32,000 bases of DNA from Gemmata obscuriglobus (GTDB lineage: Bacteria; Planctomycetota; Planctomycetia; Gemmatales; Gemmataceae). The stretch is taken from NCBI RefSeq assembly GCF_008065095.1, contig NZ_CP042911.1, forward strand, positions 4,920,001 to 4,952,000. The letters run 5' to 3'. Below the pieces are notes generated by a model, which was not told where the DNA came from, searched no databases, and was given only the letters and a program-made list of their open reading frames with translations. Position numbers and translations under genes: made by a program. Below, one piece after another: positions 18,483-25,563 of this stretch (position 1 is the stretch's first letter; the number at the start of each line of letters is the position of its first letter).

Positions 18483-18777
18483 GATTGCAGCCAGATGCGC
18501 GGGCCGGATCGAGAGGCGAGGTGATGCGGGGGCATCCGTCCACCAACACCCGCTGTGCTTCGGGACCGCTACCGGCGGCTCCCCGGTGTTGCATCGGGCG
18601 GGCCGTCGGCTTGAGGTGGTCCGGCACCCCGAGCGCAGTTACGCCAACGGTGCGTCCGGCCAGTGGGGGAGCGCCCCAGACCAAGAACTCGTGGCGGAAT
18701 GAACTCGGCTCGGGGTGGCGCGACCGGCCCAAGGCGAGGGCAAGGTGGCACTCAAGCGATATAGGGGCCAAGAGCAT

Positions 18778-18836
18778 TTTGACAGGATAAACATGATGAA
18801 GACAGATCAATTTGAAGCCCTGCTTATCCTGTCAAA
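18778..18836. promoter_or_regulatory. 13-bp perfect inverted repeat with 33-nt spacer in an AT-rich patch
   Basis: TTTGACAGGATAA (18778-18790) and TTATCCTGTCAAA (18824-18836). It sits about 90 nt upstream of the lmo0937-like gene, inside a 445-nt intergenic region. Confidence 0.35.
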
Positions 18837-18927
18837 CTCCGTCCTCGCGAACACGAGGCCGGCGTGGGCTGAAACGAAGCCAGGACCAGCCGCCCGCACC
18901 GCCACCGTTTCTAATTGGAGGTCCGTC

Positions 18928-19092
18928 GTGCCGCGGTACGCGCCCGAAGTGATTGCCTTGGTTCTGTTCGCCCTGTGGCTGCTCGGGGCGTTCGTCGCCC
19001 CGGTCGGCGGCAACCTGATTCACCTGCTCCTGTTTGCCGTTGCCGCGATCGTCGTGGTTCGGCTCATCCAAGGAGGGCGAATACTGTACTGA
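18928..19092 (+). CDS. lmo0937-family small membrane protein (54 aa)
   Basis: The GTG at 18928 is preceded by GGAGG (18917-18921) at 6-nt spacing. The sequence VIALVLFALWLLGAFVAPVGGNLIHLLLFAVAAIVVVRLIQGGR matches the LWLLG...GG.IHLLL...IQGRR pattern of that family. Confidence 0.65.
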   Translation: MPRYAPEVIALVLFALWLLGAFVAPVGGNLIHLLLFAVAAIVVVRLIQGGRILY

Positions 19093-19249
19093 TACGGTCC
19101 CGCCCAGCTACCCCCGACATGCGGCTCACACCGCACCGAGGCGCCGGCGAGCGGGTTCCGGATGCTTGCTCGTCGATGAGTACAATGGGGCGGCGGGCGC
19201 TCCTGTTCGTGCGGCAGACAGAAGCAAAGCTCCTCAAGTAAAGGGACTC

Positions 19250-21220
19250 ATGCCCCAGGGCGACGACTCTCAGGTACGACCGGCGGATTGGGTTCAGGCG
19301 GCCCTCTCCGACATCGGCGTTGCGACCGTTGTGACCGACCACCGGGGCAACGTGCTGCTCATGTCACCCGTAGCCGAGGCCCTCACGGGCTGGCCGCAGC
19401 GTGACGCGGCGGGGCTGGGGATCGCGACCGTGTTCCGGGTCGTAAGCGAGTCGTCCCGCCTCCCAACCACGGATCCGGTGACCACCGCCCTTGAGACCGG
19501 TGGTCCCGTCGAACTCGCCGACCACACCGTACTAATCGCCCGAGACGGTCGTGAGCGGCGCATCGATCAGGGCGCCGCTCCTGTGCGCGACACGTCGGGC
19601 GCGGTCGTCGGGGGCGTACTGGTGTTCTGTGACGTCAGCGCGCGCCAGCGCGTCGTGCAGGCGATCGAGGAGGCGCGGGCCTTCGCCGACGCGATCGTGC
19701 AAACGGTGCGCGAGCCGCTGGTCATCCTCGACGGGGACCTGCGGGTGCGGGCCGCGAACCGGTCCTTCTACCGGACGTTCGGGGCCACCGCACCGGGGAC
19801 CGAGGGGCGGTCCCTGTTCGAGCTCGGGGGCCGGCAGTGGGACATCCCCCGGCTGCGCGAGCGGCTCGAACAGGTGCTGCCGCGCGACCGCCACTTCAGC
19901 GACTTCGAGGTGGACCACGAGTTCGAGGGGCTGGGCCGCCGGTGGATGGTGCTCAACGCCCGCCGCATCCCGCCCGCGGCCCTGCGGCCCGACCTGATCC
20001 TGCTGGCGATCGAGGACGCGACGCAGCGCCGGCGGGCGGTAGAGGAGCTGGCCGTCTCCGAGGTGCGGTACCGCCGGCTGTTCGAGACGGCCCAGGACGG
20101 TATCCTGTTGGTCGACCCGGAGACCCGGCGGGTGTTCGACGCGAACCCGTTCCTCACCGACCTGCTCGGCTACGCGAGGCACGAGCTGGTGGGGAAGGAG
20201 CTGTGGGAGATCGGGCTGTTCCGTGACATTGAGGCGAGCAAGGCGGCGTTCCAGTTGCTCCGCGAAACGGGGTACATCCGGTATGAAGACCTGCCGCTGC
20301 GGACGCACGACGGCCGGGGCATCGAGGTGGAGTTCGTCAGCAACGTGTACGACGTCGGTGCGTCGCAGGTGATCCAGTGCAACATCCGCGACGTGACCGC
20401 CCGCAAGCGGGCCGAGAGCGCCCTGCGGACCGCGCACGGCGAGCTGGAGGAGCGGGTGCAGGAGCGTACGGCCGAGCTGGCGCGTGCGAACGACGCGCTC
20501 ACGGCCGAGATCGCCCGCCGCGAGCGCGCGGAGGCGGAGCGCCGCGACCTTCAGCGGCGGCTGGCGACCGTGCAGGAGGACGAGCGCCGGCGCATCGCCC
20601 GCGAACTCCACGATCAGTTGGGACAGCACCTGACCGGGCTCGGGCTGGGGCTGAAGGTGGTCAAAGACGTCACCCCGCGCCCGTCCCCCGCGTGGGACCG
20701 GCTGCACGAACTCCAGCTCCTGACCGACCGGATGGGCGGCGAGGTACACCAGCTCGCCCTGGAACTCCGCCCGACGGCACTGGACGACTTCGGGCTCGAG
20801 ACCGCGCTGGCAAACTACATCGAAGAGTGGGGCGGGCGGGCGGGCGTCCAGGCGGACTTCCACGCCAGCGGCCTCGGCGCCGGGCGCCTCCCGGCGACCA
20901 CCGAGACGGCGCTGTACCGGGTGATCCGGGAGGCCCTGGCCAACGTCCTCAAGCACGCCCGGGCCGGGCGGGTGAGCGTGGTCCTCCAGGGAGCGGCCGA
21001 CGCGGTCGTCGCGATCGTCGAGGACGACGGGACCGGGTTCGAGTCCGAACCCGGTCCCGCCGGGGCGCCCGCCGGCCCCCGGCTGGGCATCCTCGGGATG
21101 CGGGAGCGGCTGGAACTCCTGGGCGGGAATTTGACGATCGACTCCAGGCCAGGGCGCGGCACGACCGTGATCGCGCGTGTCCCGCTTATGTCACCGACCG
21201 AGGGGGCCGTCGATGGCTGA
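19250..21220 (+). CDS. PAS-PAS-PAS sensor histidine kinase, HisKA_3 (NarX/DegS-like) type
   Basis: Three PAS modules are present (VATVVTDHRGNV; REPLVILDGDLRV; QDGILLVDPETRRV). A coiled linker is followed by the HisKA_3 H-box RRIARELHDQLGQHLTGL. HATPase boxes are REALANVLKHA, EDDGTGF and GILGMRERLELLGG. The ATG at 19250 is chosen because the ORF upstream of it overlaps the preceding gene. Confidence 0.9.
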   Translation: MPQGDDSQVRPADWVQAALSDIGVATVVTDHRGNVLLMSPVAEALTGWPQRDAAGLGIATVFRVVSESSRLPTTDPVTTALETGGPVELADHTVLIARDGRERRIDQGAAPVRDTSGAVVGGVLVFCDVSARQRVVQAIEEARAFADAIVQTVREPLVILDGDLRVRAANRSFYRTFGATAPGTEGRSLFELGGRQWDIPRLRERLEQVLPRDRHFSDFEVDHEFEGLGRRWMVLNARRIPPAALRPDLILLAIEDATQRRRAVEELAVSEVRYRRLFETAQDGILLVDPETRRVFDANPFLTDLLGYARHELVGKELWEIGLFRDIEASKAAFQLLRETGYIRYEDLPLRTHDGRGIEVEFVSNVYDVGASQVIQCNIRDVTARKRAESALRTAHGELEERVQERTAELARANDALTAEIARRERAEAERRDLQRRLATVQEDERRRIARELHDQLGQHLTGLGLGLKVVKDVTPRPSPAWDRLHELQLLTDRMGGEVHQLALELRPTALDDFGLETALANYIEEWGGRAGVQADFHASGLGAGRLPATTETALYRVIREALANVLKHARAGRVSVVLQGAADAVVAIVEDDGTGFESEPGPAGAPAGPRLGILGMRERLELLGGNLTIDSRPGRGTTVIARVPLMSPTEGAVDG

Positions 21221-21872
21221 GGTGCGCGTCTTCCTGGCGGACGATCACGCTATTGTGCGCGGGGGGCTCAAGGCCCTGATTGACGCACAGCAGGGGATGG
21301 CGGTGGTGGGCGAGGCGGCCGACGGCCTGGAGGCCTGCGCGCGGGTGGCCGCGCTCGGGCCGGATGTGGTGATCATGGACGTGTCCATGCCCGGGCTGAC
21401 GGGCGCCCTCGCGACCGAGCGGCTCCGCCGCGAGTGCCCGGCCGTGAAGGTGCTGGTCCTGACCGTCCACGAGGACAAGGGGTACATCCGCCAGCTCCTG
21501 ACCGCGGGCGCGTCCGGGTACGCGCTCAAACGGGCCGCGCCTGAGGAACTGGTCCGCGCCATCCGGACGGTGGCGGCCGGCGGCGTGTACCTGGACCCGG
21601 CGGTCGCGCAGAAGGTGGTCGGCGGGTTCGTCAAGCCGTCCCCCAAGGGGGCCACGGGGGCGGCCGGCGCCGGGGAGCTGAGCGAGCGGGAGGCCGAGGT
21701 GGCCCGCCTGACCGCCGCCGGGCACGGCAATAAGGAGATCGCGGCCCGCCTGGAGCTGAGCGTCAAAACGGTGGAGACGTACCGGGCGCGGGCCCTGGAG
21801 AAGCTCGGGCTCAAGAGCCGCGCCGAACTCGTCAGTTACGCTTTCCAACAGGGCTGGCTCAAGGACGGCTAA
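21213..21872 (+). CDS. NarL/LuxR-family response regulator
   Basis: The receiver shows VFLADDHAIVRGGL, DVVIMDVSMPGL and LVLTVHED. The LuxR-type HTH reads LSEREAEVARLTAAGHGNKEIAARLELSVKTVETYRARALEKLGL. Its ATG overlaps the kinase stop (ATGGCTGA, 8-nt overlap). Confidence 0.93.
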   Translation: MAEVRVFLADDHAIVRGGLKALIDAQQGMAVVGEAADGLEACARVAALGPDVVIMDVSMPGLTGALATERLRRECPAVKVLVLTVHEDKGYIRQLLTAGASGYALKRAAPEELVRAIRTVAAGGVYLDPAVAQKVVGGFVKPSPKGATGAAGAGELSEREAEVARLTAAGHGNKEIAARLELSVKTVETYRARALEKLGLKSRAELVSYAFQQGWLKDG

Positions 21873-21921
21873 CGGCCCGTCCGGGTCGCTCCGTCCCGCT
21901 TCCTCGTCCGAGGTCGATATC

Positions 21922-22395
21922 GTGCGCAAAAGCTTCATCACGCCGGGCGGGCAGGACGCGGTCACCCCGGACGACGCGTGGCTGGACCTGGACCGGTTGG
22001 CCCGCGTCGAGATCACTTCGGAGGACCGCCGCTACCCGATCGAAGGCGCGCTCGTCCCCGGGCGCGGCCCCGGCTGGCTGGCCGGCGGCCCCGGCCCACA
22101 AACCGTCCGGCTGCGGTTCGACGCCCCCCAACCGGTCCGCCGCATCTGGCTGCACTTCGTGGAGCGGGCGGCGGCGCGGACCCAGGAGTTCGTCCTGCGG
22201 TGGGGGACGGCCGACGGCCTGCCCCCTCGCGACGTGGTGCGCCAGCAGTGGGTCTTTCACCCCAGGGGCTCGACGCACGAGACCGAGGACTACCGACTCG
22301 ATCTGAACGGCGTCACGGTTCTCGAACTCATGATTGTTCCGGACGTGACGGGCGATGAGGCGCTCGCGGCCCTGGCCGAGTGGCGCGTTGCGTAG
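21922..22395 (+). CDS. Conserved hypothetical protein, possibly galactose-binding/discoidin-like fold
   Basis: The GTG start is preceded by GAGG at 8-nt spacing. Third codon positions are G/C-rich and the composition is non-shadow. The pattern VEITSED..YPIEGAL...QTVRLRFD.PQPVRRIWLHF...TQEFVLRW...VVRQQW.F.P.GST.ETEDY recalls a widespread uncharacterised family. The fold call is from memory only. Confidence 0.65.
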   Translation: MRKSFITPGGQDAVTPDDAWLDLDRLARVEITSEDRRYPIEGALVPGRGPGWLAGGPGPQTVRLRFDAPQPVRRIWLHFVERAAARTQEFVLRWGTADGLPPRDVVRQQWVFHPRGSTHETEDYRLDLNGVTVLELMIVPDVTGDEALAALAEWRVA

Positions 22396-22436
22396 CGGCC
22401 GTCCGTGCGTAAGGGATATCCTCAGCAGAGCATTTA

Positions 22437-22501
22437 CGACAATTTCGGGCAGTGCGTGTCGCAGTTCCCTGGCCTTTCATTCTCCCCCGCTCGCGACAAT
22501 T
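22437..22501. promoter_or_regulatory. Direct repeat of CGACAATT, 57 bp apart, upstream of the receiver operon
   Basis: aCGACAATTtc at 22437-22444 and gCGACAATTac at 22494-22501 lie in the 179-nt intergenic region before 22575. This could be chance. Confidence 0.2.
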
Positions 22502-22574
22502 ACACCTCACAGACGCACATCTCGCCCCCCGGCGAACGCGGCGCCGAGCCGCTCTCCGGCCGGAAAGGATTCGC

Positions 22575-23009
22575 ATGACTCCGATGCGGGCTCACGTCCT
22601 GGTGGTAGACGATGTCGCCGACATGGCCGACAGCACGGTCGAACTTCTCGCGCTCTGGGGGTTCGGTGCCGTCGCTTGCTACGGTGGGGAGGAAGCTCTG
22701 GCGTGCGCCCGGGACCGGCCCCCGGCCACGGTGCTCCTCGACGTGCTCATGCCGCGGATGGACGGGCTCCAATTCGCCCGCGCGTTCCGCGCCCTGAAGG
22801 GGTGTGGCGGCGTGCCGGTCGTCGCGCTCAGCGGGTCAGCCCCGCCGGCCGGCGCCCGGGCGGCCGGGATCGACCACTTCTTACTGAAGCCCGTACTCCC
22901 GAATCGCCTCCGCGCGCTTCTCGTAGCGCTGACGCGACGCGCCGCCCGCCCGCGCCTTCCGGCACGAGAACGCCGGCCGGATCCGTGGACCGAACTCGCG
23001 AGCGCGTAA
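22575..23009 (+). CDS. Stand-alone response-regulator receiver protein with Arg-rich tail
   Basis: VLVVDDVADMADS, the phospho-acceptor context VLLDVLMPRMDG, VVALSG and FLLKP are present, with no output domain. The ATG is preceded by GGAAAGGA. Confidence 0.85.
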   Translation: MTPMRAHVLVVDDVADMADSTVELLALWGFGAVACYGGEEALACARDRPPATVLLDVLMPRMDGLQFARAFRALKGCGGVPVVALSGSAPPAGARAAGIDHFLLKPVLPNRLRALLVALTRRAARPRLPARERRPDPWTELASA

Positions 23010-23060
23010 CGCGCGGGCGGCAGTCACTCAGTTCCACGCTGTTCGCCCGGAGGCAGTGAT

Positions 23061-23306
23061 ATGGCCCGCTGGGGACTCGGCTGGGGGTGCGTGTTCGGGT
23101 TCCTCGCCGTCTGCGCCGGGGCCGCCGCAATGCGGTGGCAAGAGGGCGCGGCGCCCTGGATCGGCTGGGGGGCGGTCGCGGTCCTCGCCTGGGGGGCGGT
23201 CATGTCCGTCTACGCGTTCGACCGCCCGGCGCCGCCCGGCGCGCCACCGAAAGTCGTGCCCCGCACCCCACACAACTCGGAACACCAAAGGCGGACAGAG
23301 AAATGA
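23061..23306 (+). CDS. Small two-TM membrane protein (81 aa)
   Basis: A strong GGAGG lies 7 nt upstream of the ATG. There are two hydrophobic, Trp/Gly-rich helices (GLGWGCVFGFLAVCAGAAA; WIGWGAVAVLAWGAVMSVYAF). The stop overlaps the next start (ATGA). Confidence 0.5.
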   Translation: MARWGLGWGCVFGFLAVCAGAAAMRWQEGAAPWIGWGAVAVLAWGAVMSVYAFDRPAPPGAPPKVVPRTPHNSEHQRRTEK

Positions 23307-23572
23307 CGGAGCGTGGAATAGTCACGGGCGACCGACCGTCGCCCCGCGCGGCCGAAGTGGTCGAACTGGTGCTGCTCTTACCTGCGGATCAGATGGCCTC
23401 GCTGGAAACCGCCGCCGGCCGGTTGGAGCAAACCGTGGGCGCGCTGATCCGGCGGGCCGTCGACGACTTCCTGCGAGACCCCGCGGCTACTGGTTTCGTG
23501 GGCGAGGTGGCTGCCGTCCGACGGCCCCACGGCGCTCGAACACGGGAGACTTCGAATGACCCTTGTCGATGA
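23303..23572 (+). CDS. Ribbon-helix-helix (CopG/Arc-like) DNA-binding protein
   Basis: VELVLLLPADQMASLETAAGRLEQTVGALIRRAVDDFL fits the strand-helix-turn-helix pattern of RHH proteins (..V.L....L..L...A...G.s...LIR.A...fL). There is a 4-nt ATGA overlap with the upstream gene and a 17-nt overlap with the downstream gene. Confidence 0.6.
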   Translation: MTERGIVTGDRPSPRAAEVVELVLLLPADQMASLETAAGRLEQTVGALIRRAVDDFLRDPAATGFVGEVAAVRRPHGARTRETSNDPCR

Positions 23573-24011
23573 CGCGGTGTTGGCGCCGGCCCCACCGATC
23601 CGCCCCCGGGGCGTGCTCGTCGTAGACGACGACGAACCCGTCCGCGCGCTCCTGAGCGTCGCGCTGGGGATCTCGGGCTTCGCCGTCTGGCTGGCCGCGA
23701 CCGGCCCCGAGGGGGTGACCGCCTACCAGAAGCACGCTTCTGCCATCGATCTGCTGCTGCTCGACGTCCGCATGCCGGGATGGAACGGCCCCGAGACGCT
23801 GGCCGCGATCCGCGCCATCGCCCCGCACGTCCCCTGTTGCTTCATGAGCGGCGACACCGGAGGGTACACCCACCAAGAGCTCCTCGCAAGCGGAGCCGCG
23901 ACGGTTTTCCACAAGCCGTTCCGGCTCGGCGAACTGATTTCGCACCTCCGAAATCTGACCGCACCAGACCGGCCCGCGGGCATCGTCGGTACGGTGCATG
24001 CGCCCGCATAA
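23556..24011 (+). CDS. Stand-alone response-regulator receiver protein
   Basis: VLVVDDDEPVRALL, LLLLDVRMPGWNG, CCFMSG and FHKPF are present. GGGAG lies 7 nt upstream of the ATG. There is no output domain. Confidence 0.85.
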   Translation: MTLVDDAVLAPAPPIRPRGVLVVDDDEPVRALLSVALGISGFAVWLAATGPEGVTAYQKHASAIDLLLLDVRMPGWNGPETLAAIRAIAPHVPCCFMSGDTGGYTHQELLASGAATVFHKPFRLGELISHLRNLTAPDRPAGIVGTVHAPA

Positions 24012-24164
24012 ATGCGGGCACCGCTACCGAACTCCAACGGGTGCGAGCGTTCCGGTCACATGCCGAACGCACGGAGGGCCCCCCCCGGCCACGCGACCTG
24101 CTAAGACGACCGGACCGGCATTGCCCCCCCGTTCACCTCTCACACCGAATCGCATGGAATCGCT

Positions 24165-24232
24165 ATGTTCCGAGTTTGATGACCCACCGGGACCCGACCG
24201 CGCATTGGGCCACCGCCGTGTCGTTGGCCAAC
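24165..24232. repeat. Dispersed 68-bp direct repeat, copy B
   Basis: 59/68 positions are identical, without gaps, to 14972-15039 in the same orientation. Confidence 0.75.
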
Positions 24233-24319
24233 AGCCAGGGGCACTGTTACATCGCCGGCACTCGCGAATATGTGCGGGGCCAAGTACAACAACAGTGTCC
24301 ATAATTCAGAGGCCGATTG

Positions 24320-24805
24320 ATGCGCGAATTCCCGACCGCCGTGGCCGAACTGATCGCCGCCGCGCCGCCGACGGATCTGGGACCAGGAACACCGGCGGTA
24401 GAGCGGAGCACGCAAATCCGAACGGCGGTGGCGTCACTGCCGGCCGCCTGCGGCGCGGGGCTGTGGCTGCTGTTCGATTTCCTCGACGAGTCGCACGCGA
24501 TCAGTCAGGCGGACGAATCATGCCCGAACCGGAACTTCTGGCACGCCATCATGCACCGGAGGGAACCGGACGCCTGGAACTCGAAGTACTGGTGGCGCCG
24601 GGTCGGCGCACACCCCGTGCTGGCCCAACTCGCTGAACAGGCGCCGGCGGTGGGCTACAAGTACACCACCCCGTTCGACTTCGTGGACTTCTGCGAAAAG
24701 TCGCGCGGCGCCGGCAGCGCCGACGAGCAAACCGCCCAGCGCGTGCAGCGGCTCGAATGGGACTTGTTGTTCGCGTGGTGCTTCGACCGCGGCGCGAGGA
24801 AGTGA
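24320..24805 (+). CDS. Conserved hypothetical protein
   Basis: The ATG is preceded by GAGG at 7-nt spacing. The translation is non-shadow and contains a distinctive block NFWHAIMHRREPDAWNSKYWWRRVGAHPV. I cannot name a family with confidence. Confidence 0.65.
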   Translation: MREFPTAVAELIAAAPPTDLGPGTPAVERSTQIRTAVASLPAACGAGLWLLFDFLDESHAISQADESCPNRNFWHAIMHRREPDAWNSKYWWRRVGAHPVLAQLAEQAPAVGYKYTTPFDFVDFCEKSRGAGSADEQTAQRVQRLEWDLLFAWCFDRGARK

Positions 24806-24905
24806 TCGCCGGTTATTCGCGGTCGGCGGATCGGGTCCGTTTGGCCCCGGTTGTCTCACCCTTCAGATGTGTTCGACCTCGTCGGGCGGCCCCGCGGAGG
24901 CGCGT

Positions 24906-25397
24906 TCACCCCGTTGCGGCGTCGCGCCATTCTAACTTCCCGCGGTCGGACCCGCACGGGCGGCAGTACCAGCCGGCAGCCCGCGCCGGCCGCCGGTGGC
25001 GGTCGTATTCGAACGCACAGCCGGCGCACACCGCCCGCCACCGCCCCCGCGGCATCTGCACCTCATCCCCGTAGCAAGCGTCGGTCGAGGTGCCCAGTTC
25101 GCGACACTTCGCACGCCAAACGGCGTCGTGCCCGTGCCCGGGGCCGACCAGCGCGTGGGCCAGTTCGTGCAACAGCGTCGCCCACACCTCGGCGTCGCTG
25201 TTCCTCTCGGCGAAGTGGGCCGACAGCTCGATCCGCCCGGGTTCGCCGCGGTGCGGGTAGAAGCACACGCCGGCCCGGCGCACGTTCGAGTTGAACCCGA
25301 ACTCCCAGCTCAACAGCCCGTGCGCGTTCAAAAGCTCGCGCGCCGCCGTGCGGACCCGGGCGGCGCGGTCGGACAGGCGAAACGGTACGTCGGACAT
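24906..25397 (-). CDS. SprT-like zinc metalloprotease with C-terminal zinc ribbon
   Basis: The HExxH site is LLHELAHALVGPGHGH, and Cys pairs CAGC....CRPC lie near the C-terminus. Chosen start is the ATG at 25397 (MSDVPF), preceded on the minus strand by GGGGGAGG. Confidence 0.85.
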   Translation of the reverse strand: MSDVPFRLSDRAARVRTAARELLNAHGLLSWEFGFNSNVRRAGVCFYPHRGEPGRIELSAHFAERNSDAEVWATLLHELAHALVGPGHGHDAVWRAKCRELGTSTDACYGDEVQMPRGRWRAVCAGCAFEYDRHRRPARAAGWYCRPCGSDRGKLEWRDAATG

Positions 25398-25500
25398 GGG
25401 AGCCTCCCCCACAATTATCTCACGCACTCCGCGCCCCGCGGTCGGCCGCCGCGCTCAAGAAACCGGCGCGGCAAGTGTATCGGGCGTACAGCCCGCGATA

Positions 25501-25528
25501 TTGACACGCGCCGCACAACACGAACAAT
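25501..25528 (+). promoter_or_regulatory. Candidate sigma-70-type promoter for the peptidase gene
   Basis: TTGACA (25501-25506), a 16-nt spacer, then AACAAT (25523-25528), about 35 nt before the ATG at 25564. Planctomycete promoter rules are poorly known. Confidence 0.3.
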
Positions 25529-25563
25529 GACGCCCACCCTCTCCGCACCCCTACGGGAACCCC

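Noticed and set aside
18483-18777. A known structured RNA (RNase P, tmRNA, SRP RNA, cobalamin riboswitch) in the GC-rich part of the long intergenic region.
   Set aside because: I could not find the signature motifs of any of these. GCCAGTG only superficially resembles the B12 box. A covariance-model scan is needed before making any call.
24002-24019. A short palindrome GCCCGCATAAATGCGGGC overlapping the stop of the second receiver gene, read as a terminator.
   Set aside because: It gives only a 6-bp usable stem, no U-tract follows, and it overlaps the stop codon. That is not convincing.
14972-24232. The two 68-bp direct repeats read as attL/attR of an integrated island.
   Set aside because: No integrase or recombinase gene lies between or beside them. 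The repeats are only about 87 percent identical, whereas att cores are normally identical. I keep this only as a minor alternative in the findings.
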